Assembly (NCBI GenBank): GCA_050485485.1
Contig: JBJHBM010000001.1
Location: 182,343-246,342, forward strand
Length of the DNA stretch: 64,000 nt
Source of the DNA: Alphaproteobacteria bacterium
Lineage (GTDB): Bacteria > Pseudomonadota > Alphaproteobacteria > SMXQ01
Reading direction: 5' to 3'
A model generated the notes under the pieces. That model was not told the DNA's origin. It ran no database searches and saw nothing but the letters and a program-made list of their open reading frames with translations. Position numbers and translations under genes: made by a program. Shown here piece by piece: positions 10,963-21,694 of the stretch (the stretch's first letter is position 1; each line of letters begins with the position of its first letter).

Positions 10963-13038
10963 ATGACCAGCGCTTACTGGGTGGTGTTCGGCGGCGGATT
11001 GCTCGCCATCCTCTACGGCATTTACGCCTCGCGCGCCGTGCTTGGCGCCGATGCCGGCACCGAACGGATGCGCGAGATTTCCGGAGCCATTCAGGAAGGG
11101 GCGAGCGCCTATCTTAATCGTCAGTACCGGACGATCGCCATCGTCGGCATTGTGATCGGCGCCTTTTTGTGGTGGCGGCTCGGGCTTCATGTCGCCATCG
11201 GCTATGCCATCGGCGCCGTGCTTTCGGCGGCCAACGGTTATATCGGCATGAACATCTCGGTGCGCGCCAATGTACGCACGGCGAACGCCGCCCGCCAGGG
11301 ACTTTCCGAAGCGCTCGGCATCGCCTTCAAGTCCGGAGCCGTCACCGGGCTTCTGGTTGTCGGCCTCGGGCTTCTCGGCGTCGCCGTCTACTACTACGTA
11401 CTGCAGCAGATGGGCTTCGGAGTGCGTCCCATTCTTGAGGCCCTGGTCGCGCTGTCGTTCGGCGCCTCGCTGATCTCCATCTTCGCCCGTCTCGGCGGCG
11501 GCATCTTCACCAAGGGCGCCGACGTGGGCGCCGATCTCGTCGGAAAGATCGAGGCCGGCATTCCCGAGGACGATCCCCGCAACGCGGCCGTCATCGCCGA
11601 CAACGTGGGCGACAACGTGGGCGACTGCGCCGGAATGGCCGCCGACCTGTTCGAAACCTATGCCGTCACGATCGTGGCGACCATGTTGCTGGCGGCGATC
11701 TTCTTCACGGGCATGGCGCAGACCACCATGATGATGTTGCCGCTGCTGATCGGCGCAGCCTGCATCGTCGGCTCCATCGTCGGCACGTTCTTCGTGCGCC
11801 TCGGCCCGTCCAACAACATCATGGGCGCCCTCTACAAAGGCTTCATCGTTTCCGCTGTCGCTTCGGCCGCCCTGATCGCGGTCGTGATCTGGCACTTCGT
11901 CGGCTTCGGTAGCACCTTCACCATCGGCGGGCGCAGCTTTACGGGCGGGGCCTTGTTCTGGGCGTCGGTAATCGGCCTCGGCGTCACCGGCCTGCTGGTC
12001 TGGATCACCGAGTACTACACGGGTACCGATCATCGCCCGGTCAAGTCGGTGGCGAATGCGTCCAACACGGGTCATGCCACCAACATCATCCAGGGCCTCG
12101 CAGTTTCGATGGAGGCCTGTGCCTTGCCGGCTCTGGTCATCTGCGGCGGTATCATCCTCGGCTACATGGCGGCCGGCCTGTTCGGGATCGCCATTGCTGT
12201 GACCTCCATGCTGGCGCTCGCGGGCATGGTGGTGGCGCTCGACGCCTACGGCCCGGTGACCGATAACGCGGGCGGCATCGCCGAGATGGCGGATCTACCG
12301 GCCGACGTGCGCAAGGTCACCGATGCTCTCGACGCCGTCGGCAACACCACCAAGGCGGTGACCAAGGGGTATGCCATCGGTTCGGCCGGCCTCGCCGCGC
12401 TAGTGTTGTTTGCGGCCTACGTCGAAGACCTGAGCCACTACTTCCCGAACCTGCAGATCCAGTTCCGGTTGCAGGATCCCTATGTGGTGGTCGGACTGAT
12501 CTTCGGCGGTATGCTGCCGTTCCTGTTCGGCTCGCTCGGCATGATGGCGGTGGGCCGCGCAGCGGGCGCCGTCGTGATCGAGGTGCGGCGCCAGTTCCGC
12601 GAAATCAAAGGCATCATGGAAGGCACCGCCAAGCCCGAATACGGCCGCGCCGTGGACCTCCTCACCAAGTCCGCGATCAAGGAGATGATAGTGCCGTCAC
12701 TGTTGCCGGTGCTGGCGCCCGTGGTGCTTTACGGCGTGATCCTCGTGATCGCGGGCCAGGCGGCCGCCTTCACGGCGGTGGGCGCGATGCTGCTCGGCTC
12801 GATCGTGACCGGCCTGTTCGTCGCCATCTCAATGACTTCGGGCGGCGGTGCGTGGGACAACGCCAAGAAGTTCATCGAGGACGGGAATCACGGCGGCAAG
12901 GGTTCCGAAGCCCACAAGGCGGCCGTGACAGGCGATACCGTCGGCGATCCCTACAAGGATACCGCGGGGCCCGCCATCAACCCGATGATCAAGATCATCA
13001 ATATCGTGGCGATCCTGCTCCTGGCCCTCGTCGCCTGA
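10963..13038 (+). CDS. hppA: Membrane-bound proton-translocating pyrophosphatase (K+-independent type)
   Basis: Motifs [18 protein letters not shown] and [27 protein letters not shown] (Lys rather than Ala) indicates the K+-independent class. The true ATG at 10963 gives [11 protein letters not shown]. Confidence 0.95.
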   Translation: MTSAYWVVFGGGLLAILYGIYASRAVLGADAGTERMREISGAIQEGASAYLNRQYRTIAIVGIVIGAFLWWRLGLHVAIGYAIGAVLSAANGYIGMNISVRANVRTANAARQGLSEALGIAFKSGAVTGLLVVGLGLLGVAVYYYVLQQMGFGVRPILEALVALSFGASLISIFARLGGGIFTKGADVGADLVGKIEAGIPEDDPRNAAVIADNVGDNVGDCAGMAADLFETYAVTIVATMLLAAIFFTGMAQTTMMMLPLLIGAACIVGSIVGTFFVRLGPSNNIMGALYKGFIVSAVASAALIAVVIWHFVGFGSTFTIGGRSFTGGALFWASVIGLGVTGLLVWITEYYTGTDHRPVKSVANASNTGHATNIIQGLAVSMEACALPALVICGGIILGYMAAGLFGIAIAVTSMLALAGMVVALDAYGPVTDNAGGIAEMADLPADVRKVTDALDAVGNTTKAVTKGYAIGSAGLAALVLFAAYVEDLSHYFPNLQIQFRLQDPYVVVGLIFGGMLPFLFGSLGMMAVGRAAGAVVIEVRRQFREIKGIMEGTAKPEYGRAVDLLTKSAIKEMIVPSLLPVLAPVVLYGVILVIAGQAAAFTAVGAMLLGSIVTGLFVAISMTSGGGAWDNAKKFIEDGNHGGKGSEAHKAAVTGDTVGDPYKDTAGPAINPMIKIINIVAILLLALVA

Positions 13039-13060
13039 GTACGGAGAAAAGCCACCGATA

Positions 13061-13093
13061 AAAAAGCCCCGGGAGACCCCCGGGGCTTTTTTT
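13061..13093. terminator. Bidirectional intrinsic terminator between convergent hppA and bamE
   Basis: AAAAA-GCCCCGGG-agacc-CCCGGGGC-TTTTTTT. The GC stem is flanked by an A-run and a T-run. Confidence 0.8.
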
Positions 13094-13116
13094 GTCCTTG
13101 CGGGATGACACGACTG

Positions 13117-13608
13117 TTATTGGGCGCGTGTTTCCTCGTTCGATTCGAAGCGTCCCAGGTTGCCGAGCAGCTGTTGCATCAGGGAGAACTGGCGGCCGGG
13201 GGTCGGCGTGGTCCGATCGACCAACTGGACTTCCTTGCCGTCATCGAGACCGAGCGTCTTAATCTCCGAGATGCGTCCGTCGTCGCCGAAATGAATCGCG
13301 ACCACCGTGCGCGAGAGCACCTCGGGACTGTGGTAGGTGACCGTGCGGGTGCGCTGCGTGATGTAGTAGATCAGGTTGGAATCGAAGGTGGCGACGGCGG
13401 TGGGCGAGCCCAGGAGCTCGATCACCTGCTCGCGGTTCTGCTGGCCCGGCTTGAGGAGGGCGAAGGCTTCCTCGTCGAGCTGGTTGCCTCGAATGTTGAC
13501 CTCGGCGGCGCAGGCCCCGAGCATCGCGGCGAGAACGGCCGCGGCGCAAAGGCGTAGTGCAGGGCGATGGCGGCGCGATGCGGCGGTGTGAATCGGGCGT
13601 GTCGTCAT
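13117..13608 (-). CDS. bamE: Outer membrane protein assembly factor BamE (SmpA/OmlA family lipoprotein)
   Basis: Lipobox LGAC, followed by NIRGNQLDEE...LKPGQQNREQVIELLGSP, typical of BamE. Confidence 0.8.
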   Translation of the reverse strand: MTTRPIHTAASRRHRPALRLCAAAVLAAMLGACAAEVNIRGNQLDEEAFALLKPGQQNREQVIELLGSPTAVATFDSNLIYYITQRTRTVTYHSPEVLSRTVVAIHFGDDGRISEIKTLGLDDGKEVQLVDRTTPTPGRQFSLMQQLLGNLGRFESNEETRAQ

Positions 13609-13722
13609 ACGATCCGTCGGGTGCCGGCCGCTTGACGGCAGTGCGCCCGGTGTTCATGTTGGAGTTGCAACTGGGCGCAACATCGCACCCGGCCGTCGGC
13701 CCTGTCAACTTGAGCGGAAAAG

Positions 13723-14283
13723 ATGTTTTTTGCCAGTCTGTTCCGGCGTCATAAACATGTCGAGGCGGCACACAGCCTTTACGGGGCGGCCGTCACCCGA
13801 GCCCGGGAACCAGCGTTCTACCGGCACTTCGGCGTGCCGGATACGCTCGATGGCCGTTTCGAAATGATCTGCCTGCATGTCTTCCTGATCCTGCGGCGTC
13901 TGAAGGAATCGGAGGGCGGGAACGGTGACAACGCCTTGTCCCAGGCGGTTTTCGACCTGATGTTCGCCGACATGGACCAGAACCTGCGCGAACTCGGCGT
14001 CGGCGACCTCAGCGTCGGGCGGCGGGTCAAGACGATGGCACAGGCCTTCTACGGGCGCGTCGCAGCCTACGAGCGTGGCCTTTCCGTTGCGGAGGACGAC
14101 GTCCTGAGCGAGGCGGTCGCACGCAACGTATACGAAAGTGCCGCGCCGGGTGCACCTGCGCTGGCGCGCTATTTGAGGGATTCGACGGCAGCAATGGCGC
14201 TGGTTCCGGCGGAGGCCCTGTTGCGTGGCGAGGTACGTTTCGGCACGTTGCCGGAAGTTTACTCCACCGAGGCTGCGCCATGA
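13723..14283 (+). CDS. Ubiquinol-cytochrome c chaperone domain protein (Cbp3-like)
   Basis: GVPDTLDGRFEMICLHVFLILRRL and FADMDQNLRELGVGDLSVGRRVK match the Ubiq_cyt_C_chap family pattern. Confidence 0.75.
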   Translation: MFFASLFRRHKHVEAAHSLYGAAVTRAREPAFYRHFGVPDTLDGRFEMICLHVFLILRRLKESEGGNGDNALSQAVFDLMFADMDQNLRELGVGDLSVGRRVKTMAQAFYGRVAAYERGLSVAEDDVLSEAVARNVYESAAPGAPALARYLRDSTAAMALVPAEALLRGEVRFGTLPEVYSTEAAP

Positions 14284-14810
14284 CCGCCCCCGAATTCTCA
14301 CGCGTCCTCCCCGTGGACCCGGCAGGAGGAGCCGGGGTAGCATCGCGCGATTTCAATATTGCGGCCTCGCCCGAGGAACGTGCGGCGCTCGCGCGAAGGT
14401 TCGGGCTGCTGGCGCTCGAATCCCTCTCGGCAAGCGGCCGCATCGAAGTTTTCGCGAAGGGGCGCAGTGCAAGGCTCACAGCAACCCTTATGGCGGATGT
14501 GGTGCAAGCCTGCGTGATTACGTTGGTGCCGGTGCCGGCCCATGTCGTGGAAACCTTCACCGTCGCCTACGATCGCGACGCCGATAACGTCGCCGGCCCC
14601 GCGGAGGTGGTGGTGGAGGCCGAAAGCGAAGACCTCCCGGACCCCTTGCCGGACGCTGGAATCGACGCAGGCGAGGCCGTTGCGGAACACCTCGGGCTTG
14701 CTCTCGACCCGTACCCTCGTGCCCCCGGGGCGGCGCTGGGCCCGGAAGCCGGCGACGTCTCCAGGCGGCCCTCGCCCTTCGACGTGCTGAGGAAACGGCG
14801 CGGGCACTAG
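14280..14810 (+). CDS. YceD/DUF177 family protein
   Basis: ATGA overlap with the upstream gene. Acidic C-terminal half and the conserved position immediately upstream of rpmF-plsX. Confidence 0.7.
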   Translation: MTAPEFSRVLPVDPAGGAGVASRDFNIAASPEERAALARRFGLLALESLSASGRIEVFAKGRSARLTATLMADVVQACVITLVPVPAHVVETFTVAYDRDADNVAGPAEVVVEAESEDLPDPLPDAGIDAGEAVAEHLGLALDPYPRAPGAALGPEAGDVSRRPSPFDVLRKRRGH

Positions 14811-14843
14811 ATTTTCGGGGATCGGAGGCCCCTGCCAAGCGAC

Positions 14844-14872
14844 TTGCCGTGGCGGGGCTTTTTGGGTAATAG
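14844..14872 (+). promoter_or_regulatory. Putative sigma70-type promoter of rpmF-plsX-fabH
   Basis: TTGCCG, 17 nt spacer, TAATAG, located about 80 nt upstream of the rpmF ATG. Confidence 0.35.
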
Positions 14873-14952
14873 ATGGCCTCCTTTGCGGCGGGGCCGGCAT
14901 GGCCAGGTCCCGTCAAGGCCCCTTCCGTGGCCTCGAACGAGAGATTTTCATC

Positions 14953-15138
14953 ATGGCTGTTCCCAAGAAAAAGACTTCCAAATCAAGGCGCAATATGCGC
15001 CGTTCCCATCATGCGCTGAAAGCCGACACCTACGTCGAATGTCCCAATTGCGGCGAGCTGAAGCGCCCCCATCACGTCTGCGGCAGCTGCGGCTTTTACG
15101 ACGGCAGGGAAGTGGTGGAAAACGAGGCAGCGGTATAG
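14953..15138 (+). CDS. rpmF: 50S ribosomal protein L32
   Basis: [19 protein letters not shown] and a zinc-ribbon CPNCG...CGSCG. Internal ATG of track ORF 14899. Confidence 0.95.
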   Translation: MAVPKKKTSKSRRNMRRSHHALKADTYVECPNCGELKRPHHVCGSCGFYDGREVVENEAAV

Positions 15139-15192
15139 GATGCCGTGGGGCCGTCCTACGGCCCCTCCTTCGGTCTGTTCGGACAGAACGCG

Positions 15193-16236
15193 ATGCCCTT
15201 GACGATAGCCCTTGACGGTATGGGGGGCGATGGCGCTCCCGATATGGTGGTCAAGGGCGCCAACATGGCACGCGGTCGTTATCCCGACATCCATTTCGCT
15301 TTCTATGGTGATCGCCGGCGGCTCGAGCCGTTGATCGGCCGCTTCAAGAATCTCGCTCAGGTATCGACCGTGCATCATACCGATGTCGCGGTTTCGGGGG
15401 ACGACAAGCCGTCCCAGGCACTCCGCAAGGCGCGGGGTTCCTCGATGGGGCTTGCCATTGATGCGGTGCGCGACGGCTCGGCCGAAGGCGTGGTTTCAGC
15501 CGGCAACACCGGAGCCCTGATGGCGCTGGCCAAGATCGGCCTCAAGACCGTCGCCGGCATATCGCGGCCGGCGATTGCGACCGTGATGCCCAACGCACGT
15601 TCGGAATGTGTGATGCTGGACCTTGGTGCCAATATCCAGTGCGACGCGCGCAACCTCGTCGAATTCGCCGTCATGGGGACGGTGTTCGCCCGAACGGTGC
15701 TCGGCCTGACCCGTCCGACGGTCGGCCTCCTCAACGTGGGGGAAGAAGACCTCAAGGGACACGAATACATACGTCAAGCCGCCGCGCTCCTGCGCGACCT
15801 GGAACTGCCGATCGAGTTCAAGGGCTTCGTCGAAGGCGACCAGATTTGGGCCGGCGCCGTCGACGTGGTGGTGACGGATGGCTTTACCGGCAACGTCGCT
15901 CTCAAGACGGCCGAAGGCATCGCGCGCATGTACGCCGGATTCATGCGGGGCGCCTTCAAGAGCACGGTCATGTCGCGGCTCGGATACCTTTTCGCACGTT
16001 CCGCCTTGGGTAAGGTCAGGTCACGCCTTGATCCGAGGCGTTACAACGGCGCCATGCTGTTGGGGCTCAACGGCGTCGTCATCAAAAGTCATGGCGGCAC
16101 CGACGCCTTCGGCTTTGCCAACGCAATCGGTGTCGCGGTGGACATGGCCAAGGGTGGCTTCTCAGCACGCATCGCCGATGAGATTCAGCGGGCGGGCAAT
16201 CTCGTGGTTCCGGTCCAGAAAGCGGCGGTTTCCTAA
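15193..16236 (+). CDS. plsX: Phosphate acyltransferase PlsX
   Basis: [13 protein letters not shown]-terminus, GNTGALMA and [11 protein letters not shown] motifs. The start could instead be 15145. Confidence 0.9.
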   Translation: MPLTIALDGMGGDGAPDMVVKGANMARGRYPDIHFAFYGDRRRLEPLIGRFKNLAQVSTVHHTDVAVSGDDKPSQALRKARGSSMGLAIDAVRDGSAEGVVSAGNTGALMALAKIGLKTVAGISRPAIATVMPNARSECVMLDLGANIQCDARNLVEFAVMGTVFARTVLGLTRPTVGLLNVGEEDLKGHEYIRQAAALLRDLELPIEFKGFVEGDQIWAGAVDVVVTDGFTGNVALKTAEGIARMYAGFMRGAFKSTVMSRLGYLFARSALGKVRSRLDPRRYNGAMLLGLNGVVIKSHGGTDAFGFANAIGVAVDMAKGGFSARIADEIQRAGNLVVPVQKAAVS

Positions 16237-17210
16237 TGGTCGTGCGTTCCGTCGTTGCCGGTTTCGGATCGTATCTTCCGGAAAAAGTACTGACAAACAA
16301 TGATTTGTCAAAAATCGTTGACACCTCGGATGAGTGGATACGGGAGCGCACCGGCATCCGCGAGCGTCATGTTGCTGCCGAAGGCGAGCTGACATCCGAT
16401 CTTGCCACCCGCGCTGCCGACGAGGCATTGAAGCGGGCGGGACTCAGTGGGGCCGAGATCGACCTCATCGTGATCGGAACCACGACACCAGACGAAACCT
16501 TTCCCGCCGCGGCCACGAAGGTGCAGACCCGCCTCGGTGCGGACCACGCTTTCGCCTTCGACGTGCAGGCGGCGTGTTCGGGTTTCATCTACGCGCTTGC
16601 GCTGGCCGACAATTTTATCCGTTTGGGGCAGGTCAGAACCGCCCTGGTGATCGGCGCGGAAACTTTCTCGCGACTGCTTGATTGGACCGACAGGACCACC
16701 TGCGTGCTGTTCGGGGACGGGGCGGGGGCAGTGGTGCTCAAGGCGGAGACTGGGGAGGGCACGAACCGCGACCGCGGTGTCCTATCCACGCATCTCCATT
16801 CGGATGGCCGTCAGCACGATCTGCTCTATGCCAACGGCGGGCCGTCGCTCAATCAGGTGGCCGGTGTGGTACGCATGCAGGGACAGGAGGTGTTCCGGCA
16901 TGCCGTCAACCGGCTTTCCGGCGTGCTTCGGGAAGCTCTCGATGCCAACGGCCTGACGGTGGCCGACGTCGATTGGCTCGTGCCGCACCAGGCCAACAAG
17001 CGTATCCTCGATTCGACGGCGCGCAAGCTCGGCCTGCCTGAAGGCAAGATGGTGGTGACGGTGGACCGTCACGCCAATACTTCCGCTGCCTCCATCCCAC
17101 TGGCGCTGGCCGAGGCGGCAGGCGACGGCCGCATTCGACACGGCGACCTCGTGCTGATGGAAGCGATGGGGGCCGGCTTTACCTGGGGCGCTGCGGCATT
17201 GCGCTGGTAG
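16236..17210 (+). CDS. fabH: 3-oxoacyl-ACP synthase III
   Basis: ATG overlaps the plsX stop (TAATG). Active-site AACSGF, HQANKRI and GAGFTWGA motifs. Confidence 0.95.
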   Translation: MVVRSVVAGFGSYLPEKVLTNNDLSKIVDTSDEWIRERTGIRERHVAAEGELTSDLATRAADEALKRAGLSGAEIDLIVIGTTTPDETFPAAATKVQTRLGADHAFAFDVQAACSGFIYALALADNFIRLGQVRTALVIGAETFSRLLDWTDRTTCVLFGDGAGAVVLKAETGEGTNRDRGVLSTHLHSDGRQHDLLYANGGPSLNQVAGVVRMQGQEVFRHAVNRLSGVLREALDANGLTVADVDWLVPHQANKRILDSTARKLGLPEGKMVVTVDRHANTSAASIPLALAEAAGDGRIRHGDLVLMEAMGAGFTWGAAALRW

Positions 17211-17328
17211 TAATCCGGCCGTTGCGGCCAGGATTTGCGGGGGGGCTCAAGAGATTCCCGCATCCTCTTGATCTTGACGGATTTTTTATGGGGGGGTACC
17301 CTTCCGGAAATCGGGAGGATGAATCGCT

Positions 17329-17730
17329 ATGGCTGGCAACACCGTGACGCGTGCGCAACTGGGCGAGGCCGTTTACAAGGAAGTCGGCCTGTCGCGCAAC
17401 GAATCGGGCGATCTCGTGGAAGCCGTCCTCAAGGAAATCAGCGACGCGCTCGTGCGCGGCGAAGCCGTTAAGATTTCCTCCTTCGGCAGCTTCTCGGTGC
17501 GTTCCAAGGGACAGCGCGTCGGCCGCAACCCGAAGACCGGTGAGGAGGTCCCGATCCTGCCGCGCCGGGTTCTCGTGTTCCGGGCGTCTCACGTTCTGAA
17601 GGGCCGCATCAATGATGCAGCCTCGGAGCAGGATCAGGCCGGCCATGGCCAGGATCGTTCCGGTGTCGCCCCGCCGGAGCAGGCAGGAGGCAGCCACGGT
17701 TCTCCGCTGGGACCCGGGAGCAGATACTAG
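17329..17730 (+). CDS. ihfA: Integration host factor subunit alpha, with a low-complexity C-terminal extension
   Basis: [18 protein letters not shown]...[17 protein letters not shown] is the IHF/HU fold. About 30 extra Gly/Gln/Pro/Ser-rich residues follow the fold. Confidence 0.9.
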   Translation: MAGNTVTRAQLGEAVYKEVGLSRNESGDLVEAVLKEISDALVRGEAVKISSFGSFSVRSKGQRVGRNPKTGEEVPILPRRVLVFRASHVLKGRINDAASEQDQAGHGQDRSGVAPPEQAGGSHGSPLGPGSRY

Positions 17731-18204
17731 ATGTCCGATATGCCGCAGCCGTCCGCCGCCGAGGCTGGCCGGCGCGGCGGCAAGTCCGCTGCCGCGTTCC
17801 GGACCATCAGCGAGGTCTCCCAGGAGCTCGACGTGCCCCAGCACGTCCTGCGTTTCTGGGAATCCAAGTTTTCGCAAGTAAAGCCGCTCAAGCGGGGTGG
17901 CGGGCGGCGCTACTACCGGCCCGAGGACGTAGAGTTGCTCCGCAGCATACGCACGCTGCTCTACCGCGACGGCTATACCATCAAGGGCGTCCAGAAGCTG
18001 TTACGGGAACGCCAGATTCCGCGCGGTGGCGAGGCCATGCCCGCCGAAGCTTCGGTTTCTCAGCGTGTCATGCCGAACGGTGCCGGTGCACACGAGTCCG
18101 GCACGGGGACGTCCATGACAGGCCTTTCGCCCGCTGTCCGGCTCGAAATCGAATCCGTCATCGGCGAGTTGACCGCTTTGCGGAAGCTGTTGCGCGGAGT
18201 TTGA
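17731..18204 (+). CDS. MerR family transcriptional regulator
   Basis: Helix-turn-helix segment [25 protein letters not shown] and [12 protein letters not shown]. The ATG directly abuts the ihfA stop. Confidence 0.8.
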   Translation: MSDMPQPSAAEAGRRGGKSAAAFRTISEVSQELDVPQHVLRFWESKFSQVKPLKRGGGRRYYRPEDVELLRSIRTLLYRDGYTIKGVQKLLRERQIPRGGEAMPAEASVSQRVMPNGAGAHESGTGTSMTGLSPAVRLEIESVIGELTALRKLLRGV

Positions 18205-18225
18205 TTTCCTCGGTGCCTTAGTTCG

Positions 18226-18254
18226 TTGCATGGCGCGCGGCATGGGGCTAAAGT
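18226..18254 (+). promoter_or_regulatory. Putative sigma70-type promoter of tRNA-Pro
   Basis: TTGCAT, 17 nt spacer, TAAAGT, about 40 nt upstream of the mature tRNA 5' end. Confidence 0.4.
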
Positions 18255-18292
18255 GCGCGCCGCCTCGCCGTGCCACTCTGGGGGGCTTTCGA

Positions 18293-18369
<77 letters not shown>

Positions 18370-18378
18370 TCGATCTGG

Positions 18379-18414
18379 AAGAGCCGACGGCAATGCCGTC
18401 GGCTCTTTCCTTTG
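18379..18414 (+). terminator. Intrinsic terminator after tRNA-Pro
   Basis: 13-bp stem AAGAGCCGACGGC / GCCGTCGGCTCTT with loop AAT, followed by TCCTTT. Confidence 0.7.
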
Positions 18415-18536
18415 ATGCAGCGGTCTTTCCGCTCGGCGATCGGGGTTGTTCTGCTTATCTTGATATGTTCTCCTTTTTCATGAGTTGGGCCTTGGCCTGG
18501 ATGCCACCCGGCCGGCCAGACTGAGAGGAGGCTTCT

Positions 18537-18665
18537 ATGGAATTCACGCCCACTACCGATCCTGATTTCAAGGTGAAGCCGACCCGGCCGGGCTGGAAAG
18601 CCGTGATCGGATTCCTTGCGTTCGTGGGAGGAATCGCGGTTTTCGTGTCCATGGTGGAAATCTGA
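18537..18665 (+). CDS. 42-aa single-pass membrane micro-protein (not in the ORF track)
   Basis: ATG lies 5 nt after GAGGAGG. Translation is MEFTPTTDPDFKVKPTRPGWKAVIGFLAFVGGIAVFVSMVEI, a polar N-terminus followed by one hydrophobic helix. Confidence 0.45.
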   Translation: MEFTPTTDPDFKVKPTRPGWKAVIGFLAFVGGIAVFVSMVEI

Positions 18666-18747
18666 TCACGGCGCGCCACCCTTGCCGGCGCTTGCTATAC
18701 TGGCCGCAGATTTCGATACAAGGTCGTAGAACGCAAGGGAGGGAAGG

Positions 18748-19716
18748 GTGATCGAACTCGCAATCGTCGGCTTGGGCGGCTGGGGCCGCCGCTTGGTGGA
18801 ATCCGTTCAGGGCGTGAGCGACAAGGTCCGTTTCGCCCATGCGGCGGTGACGCGCCCCGAGCGGTCGCAGGATTTCGCCGCGGCGCACGGGCTTACGCTC
18901 TATTCCGACGTGGAGGCAATGATCGCCCGGGGAAAGTTCGACGGTTTCGTGTCCTCGGGCCCAGCGCATCTTCACGCCGCCCATGCGCTGGCCGCGCTCA
19001 AGGCGGGAAAACCGGTGCTCGCCGTCAAGCCGATGGCGCTTCTCCACAAGGATGCGAAGGCGCTGGCGGCTGCCGCGGCGAAGTCGAAGGTGCCGCTGTG
19101 CATGGGCTACAACCGCTGCTTCTTTCCCAATGTCGCAGAGCTGCGCGCGAAGCTCGCCACCGGGGCGCTCGGCCGGGTCCTTCATACCGAGGGCGACTTC
19201 TGCGTGCATCGCTATGGCGGCATCAAGAGCGGCTCGTGGAAGGCAGATCCGCGCCATGCGCCGGCAGGTGCGCTTGCCGATCACATGCTCTATCTCACGA
19301 TCGAGACGCTGGGGCGTGTCGAGCGGGTCAATGCGCTCGGCCTCAACCAGGCATCCGATAACGAGCTGGCCGACACCACGGCGATATTGCTCCGCTGTGC
19401 GGGCAATACGTCGGGACTTCTGACCGCGATCGGAATGACGCCCGATTACTATCGTTTCGCTGTTTTCGGAACCGACGGCTGGGCGGAGGCACGCGGCGCG
19501 CGCCAGTTCACTTTCCAACCGAAGGTCGGCGAGCGCGAGGAGCGCACCTTGCCGGCGGCGGACGCCGAACGGCTCGAGGTGGAGGCCTTCGCCGACGCCG
19601 TCGCCGGAGCGCGCGCCTTTCCGGTGCCGGTCGATCAGGCGGTCCACAGCGTCGCGGTGATCGAGGCGATGGGCAAGTCCGCCCTCAAGGGCGGCGCGGC
19701 GGTCGCGGTGCGATGA
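18748..19716 (+). CDS. Gfo/Idh/MocA family oxidoreductase
   Basis: GTG start. N-terminal Rossmann motif IVGLGGWGRR and family-typical length of 322 aa. No signal peptide. Confidence 0.8.
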   Translation: MIELAIVGLGGWGRRLVESVQGVSDKVRFAHAAVTRPERSQDFAAAHGLTLYSDVEAMIARGKFDGFVSSGPAHLHAAHALAALKAGKPVLAVKPMALLHKDAKALAAAAAKSKVPLCMGYNRCFFPNVAELRAKLATGALGRVLHTEGDFCVHRYGGIKSGSWKADPRHAPAGALADHMLYLTIETLGRVERVNALGLNQASDNELADTTAILLRCAGNTSGLLTAIGMTPDYYRFAVFGTDGWAEARGARQFTFQPKVGEREERTLPAADAERLEVEAFADAVAGARAFPVPVDQAVHSVAVIEAMGKSALKGGAAVAVR

Positions 19717-20663
19717 CGGGCCTGACGCGCCGGGCATTCGCCACCGGCGCGCTGGCGACGGGCGTCGCCGCGGCGGCGGGGAACCTCGGCGCCGCGCACG
19801 CGCGGGCGCAAGCGTGGGGTGCGGCACCCGGCCCGATCGGCGCGCGTCCCATCCCGAAATCGGGCGAGCTGCTGCCGATGGTGGGCGTCGGCACCTGGCT
19901 TACCTTCGACGTCGGCGCCGAAGCCAAGGAGCGCGCGCGCTTGGCCGCCGTCCTCGAGACGTTGTTCGCGGGCGGCGGCTCCGTCATCGACTCCTCGCCC
20001 ATGTACCGGCGCGCCGAGGGCGTGGCTGGCGATCTGCTCGCGGCGATGGGGGCACGAGACCGCGCATTCCTCGCCACCAAGGTATGGACGAGCGGAGCCG
20101 AGGCCGGCAGTGCCCAGATGGAGCAGTCGTTCGCGCGCTTCCGCACCGACCGCATCGAGCTGATGCAGGTCCACAACCTGGTGGACTGGCGCGCCCACCT
20201 GCCGACGCTCCGGGCCTGGAAGGAGCAGGGACGCTTCCGCTACATCGGCGTCACCGTGCCTCGGCCCTCGGTCTTCGAGGAACTGGAAAAGGTGCTGCGC
20301 GCCGAGCCGCTCGATTTCGTGCAGCTTCCCTATTCGATCGTGGTCCGGGCGGCGGAGGCGCGGATGCTGCCGCTCGCGCAGAACCTCGGTCTCGCCGTCA
20401 TCGCCAACCGGCCGTTCGAGGGCGGCAACCTGTTCGGCGCGACGCGCGGCGCGGCACTGCCGGCATGGGCGGCAGAGTTCGACTGCGCGAGCTGGGCCCA
20501 GTTCTTCCTCAAGTATCTCCTCGGTCATCCCGCCATGACTTGCGTGATCCCGGGTACCGATCGCCCCGACCACATGGCGGACAACCTCGGCGCGGGCCGG
20601 GGACGCCTGCCGGAGACGTCCGAGGTGCGCCGGCGCATGGTCGCCCGCGCGGAGGATCTCTAG
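19713..20663 (+). CDS. Aldo/keto reductase with twin-arginine (Tat) signal peptide
   Basis: ATGA overlap with the upstream gene. N-terminus MTGLTRRAFATGALATGVAAAAG..AHA. AKR catalytic positions are present (D in IDSSPMY, Y, K in ATKVW, H in QVHN). Confidence 0.85.
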   Translation: MTGLTRRAFATGALATGVAAAAGNLGAAHARAQAWGAAPGPIGARPIPKSGELLPMVGVGTWLTFDVGAEAKERARLAAVLETLFAGGGSVIDSSPMYRRAEGVAGDLLAAMGARDRAFLATKVWTSGAEAGSAQMEQSFARFRTDRIELMQVHNLVDWRAHLPTLRAWKEQGRFRYIGVTVPRPSVFEELEKVLRAEPLDFVQLPYSIVVRAAEARMLPLAQNLGLAVIANRPFEGGNLFGATRGAALPAWAAEFDCASWAQFFLKYLLGHPAMTCVIPGTDRPDHMADNLGAGRGRLPETSEVRRRMVARAEDL

Positions 20664-20767
20664 GGTCCGTGCCACACCCGCGCGGCTGGACATGAAGTTG
20701 CGCGTTCCCGACAATACCGCCCGAGGCCGGCCCGACCGGCCCGCGCGAAACGAAACGGGAGAGCGCC

Positions 20768-21694
20768 ATGAGCGGCGGCATCGTCGACGTCCATCATCAT
20801 TTCTATCCCGAGGACTTGAAGCCGGTACTGGGCGGCGGGCCAACCCGCACCTGGACGCCCCAGGCCTCGCTCGACGAGATGGACCGCAACGGGGTCGCGA
20901 GCGTCGCGCTTTCGGCATCCTCGATTCCGACCGAGTGGTGGCGGCGCGATACCGACTGGCTGCGCCGCACGGTGCGCCGCCTCAACGAGTTCGGGGCCGA
21001 GATGGTGAAGGACCGCCCCGACCGCTTCGCCCTGTTCGCCTTCCTGTCGATGCGCGACGTCGAGGGCACGCTCGCCGAGATCGAGCATGTTTTCGACGTC
21101 CTCAAGGCGGACGGGGTCGGCATCGCCACGAGCTTCGGCGACAAGTGGCCGGGCGATGCCGAATTCGCGCCGATCTTCGACGAGCTCGACCGGCGCAAGG
21201 CGCTGGTCTACGTCCATCCCACCGTCCCGTTCTGCTGCGAAGGACTGGCGGGGCTCGGCGCCTCGCTCGCGGAATACCCGTTCGACACCTGCCGCGCGAT
21301 CCTGAGTCTGCTGTTCGGCGGCACTTTCGCGCGCTGCCGCAACGTCCGTTTTGTGTTCTGCCATGCGGGCGGCGTGCTGCCGGCGCTCACCGGGCGGGTG
21401 GAGAACGCGGTCTCGCGCATGGATGGTTTCGGCGCCTTGGCACCCGACGGCTACCGCGCGGAGATCGCGCGGCTCCATTTTGATACCGCGACCGCCGGGA
21501 ACCGGATCGCGCTGGATGCGCTGCGTGCCGTGGTACCCACGTCCCGGATCCTGTTCGGCAGCGATTTTCCCTACGGTCGCCAAGGAACCAACCTCGCGGG
21601 CATAAGCGCTTGCGGGCTCGATGCATCGGACCTTGCGGCGATCGAACGCGACAACGCCCTGCGCCTCGTACCGCGCCTTTCCACCGGCCAATGA
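20768..21694 (+). CDS. Amidohydrolase-2 family protein (ACMSD-like metal-dependent hydrolase/decarboxylase)
   Basis: N-terminal VDVHHH metal motif, HP...H and a C-terminal GSDFPY motif. 308 aa. Confidence 0.8.
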   Translation: MSGGIVDVHHHFYPEDLKPVLGGGPTRTWTPQASLDEMDRNGVASVALSASSIPTEWWRRDTDWLRRTVRRLNEFGAEMVKDRPDRFALFAFLSMRDVEGTLAEIEHVFDVLKADGVGIATSFGDKWPGDAEFAPIFDELDRRKALVYVHPTVPFCCEGLAGLGASLAEYPFDTCRAILSLLFGGTFARCRNVRFVFCHAGGVLPALTGRVENAVSRMDGFGALAPDGYRAEIARLHFDTATAGNRIALDALRAVVPTSRILFGSDFPYGRQGTNLAGISACGLDASDLAAIERDNALRLVPRLSTGQ

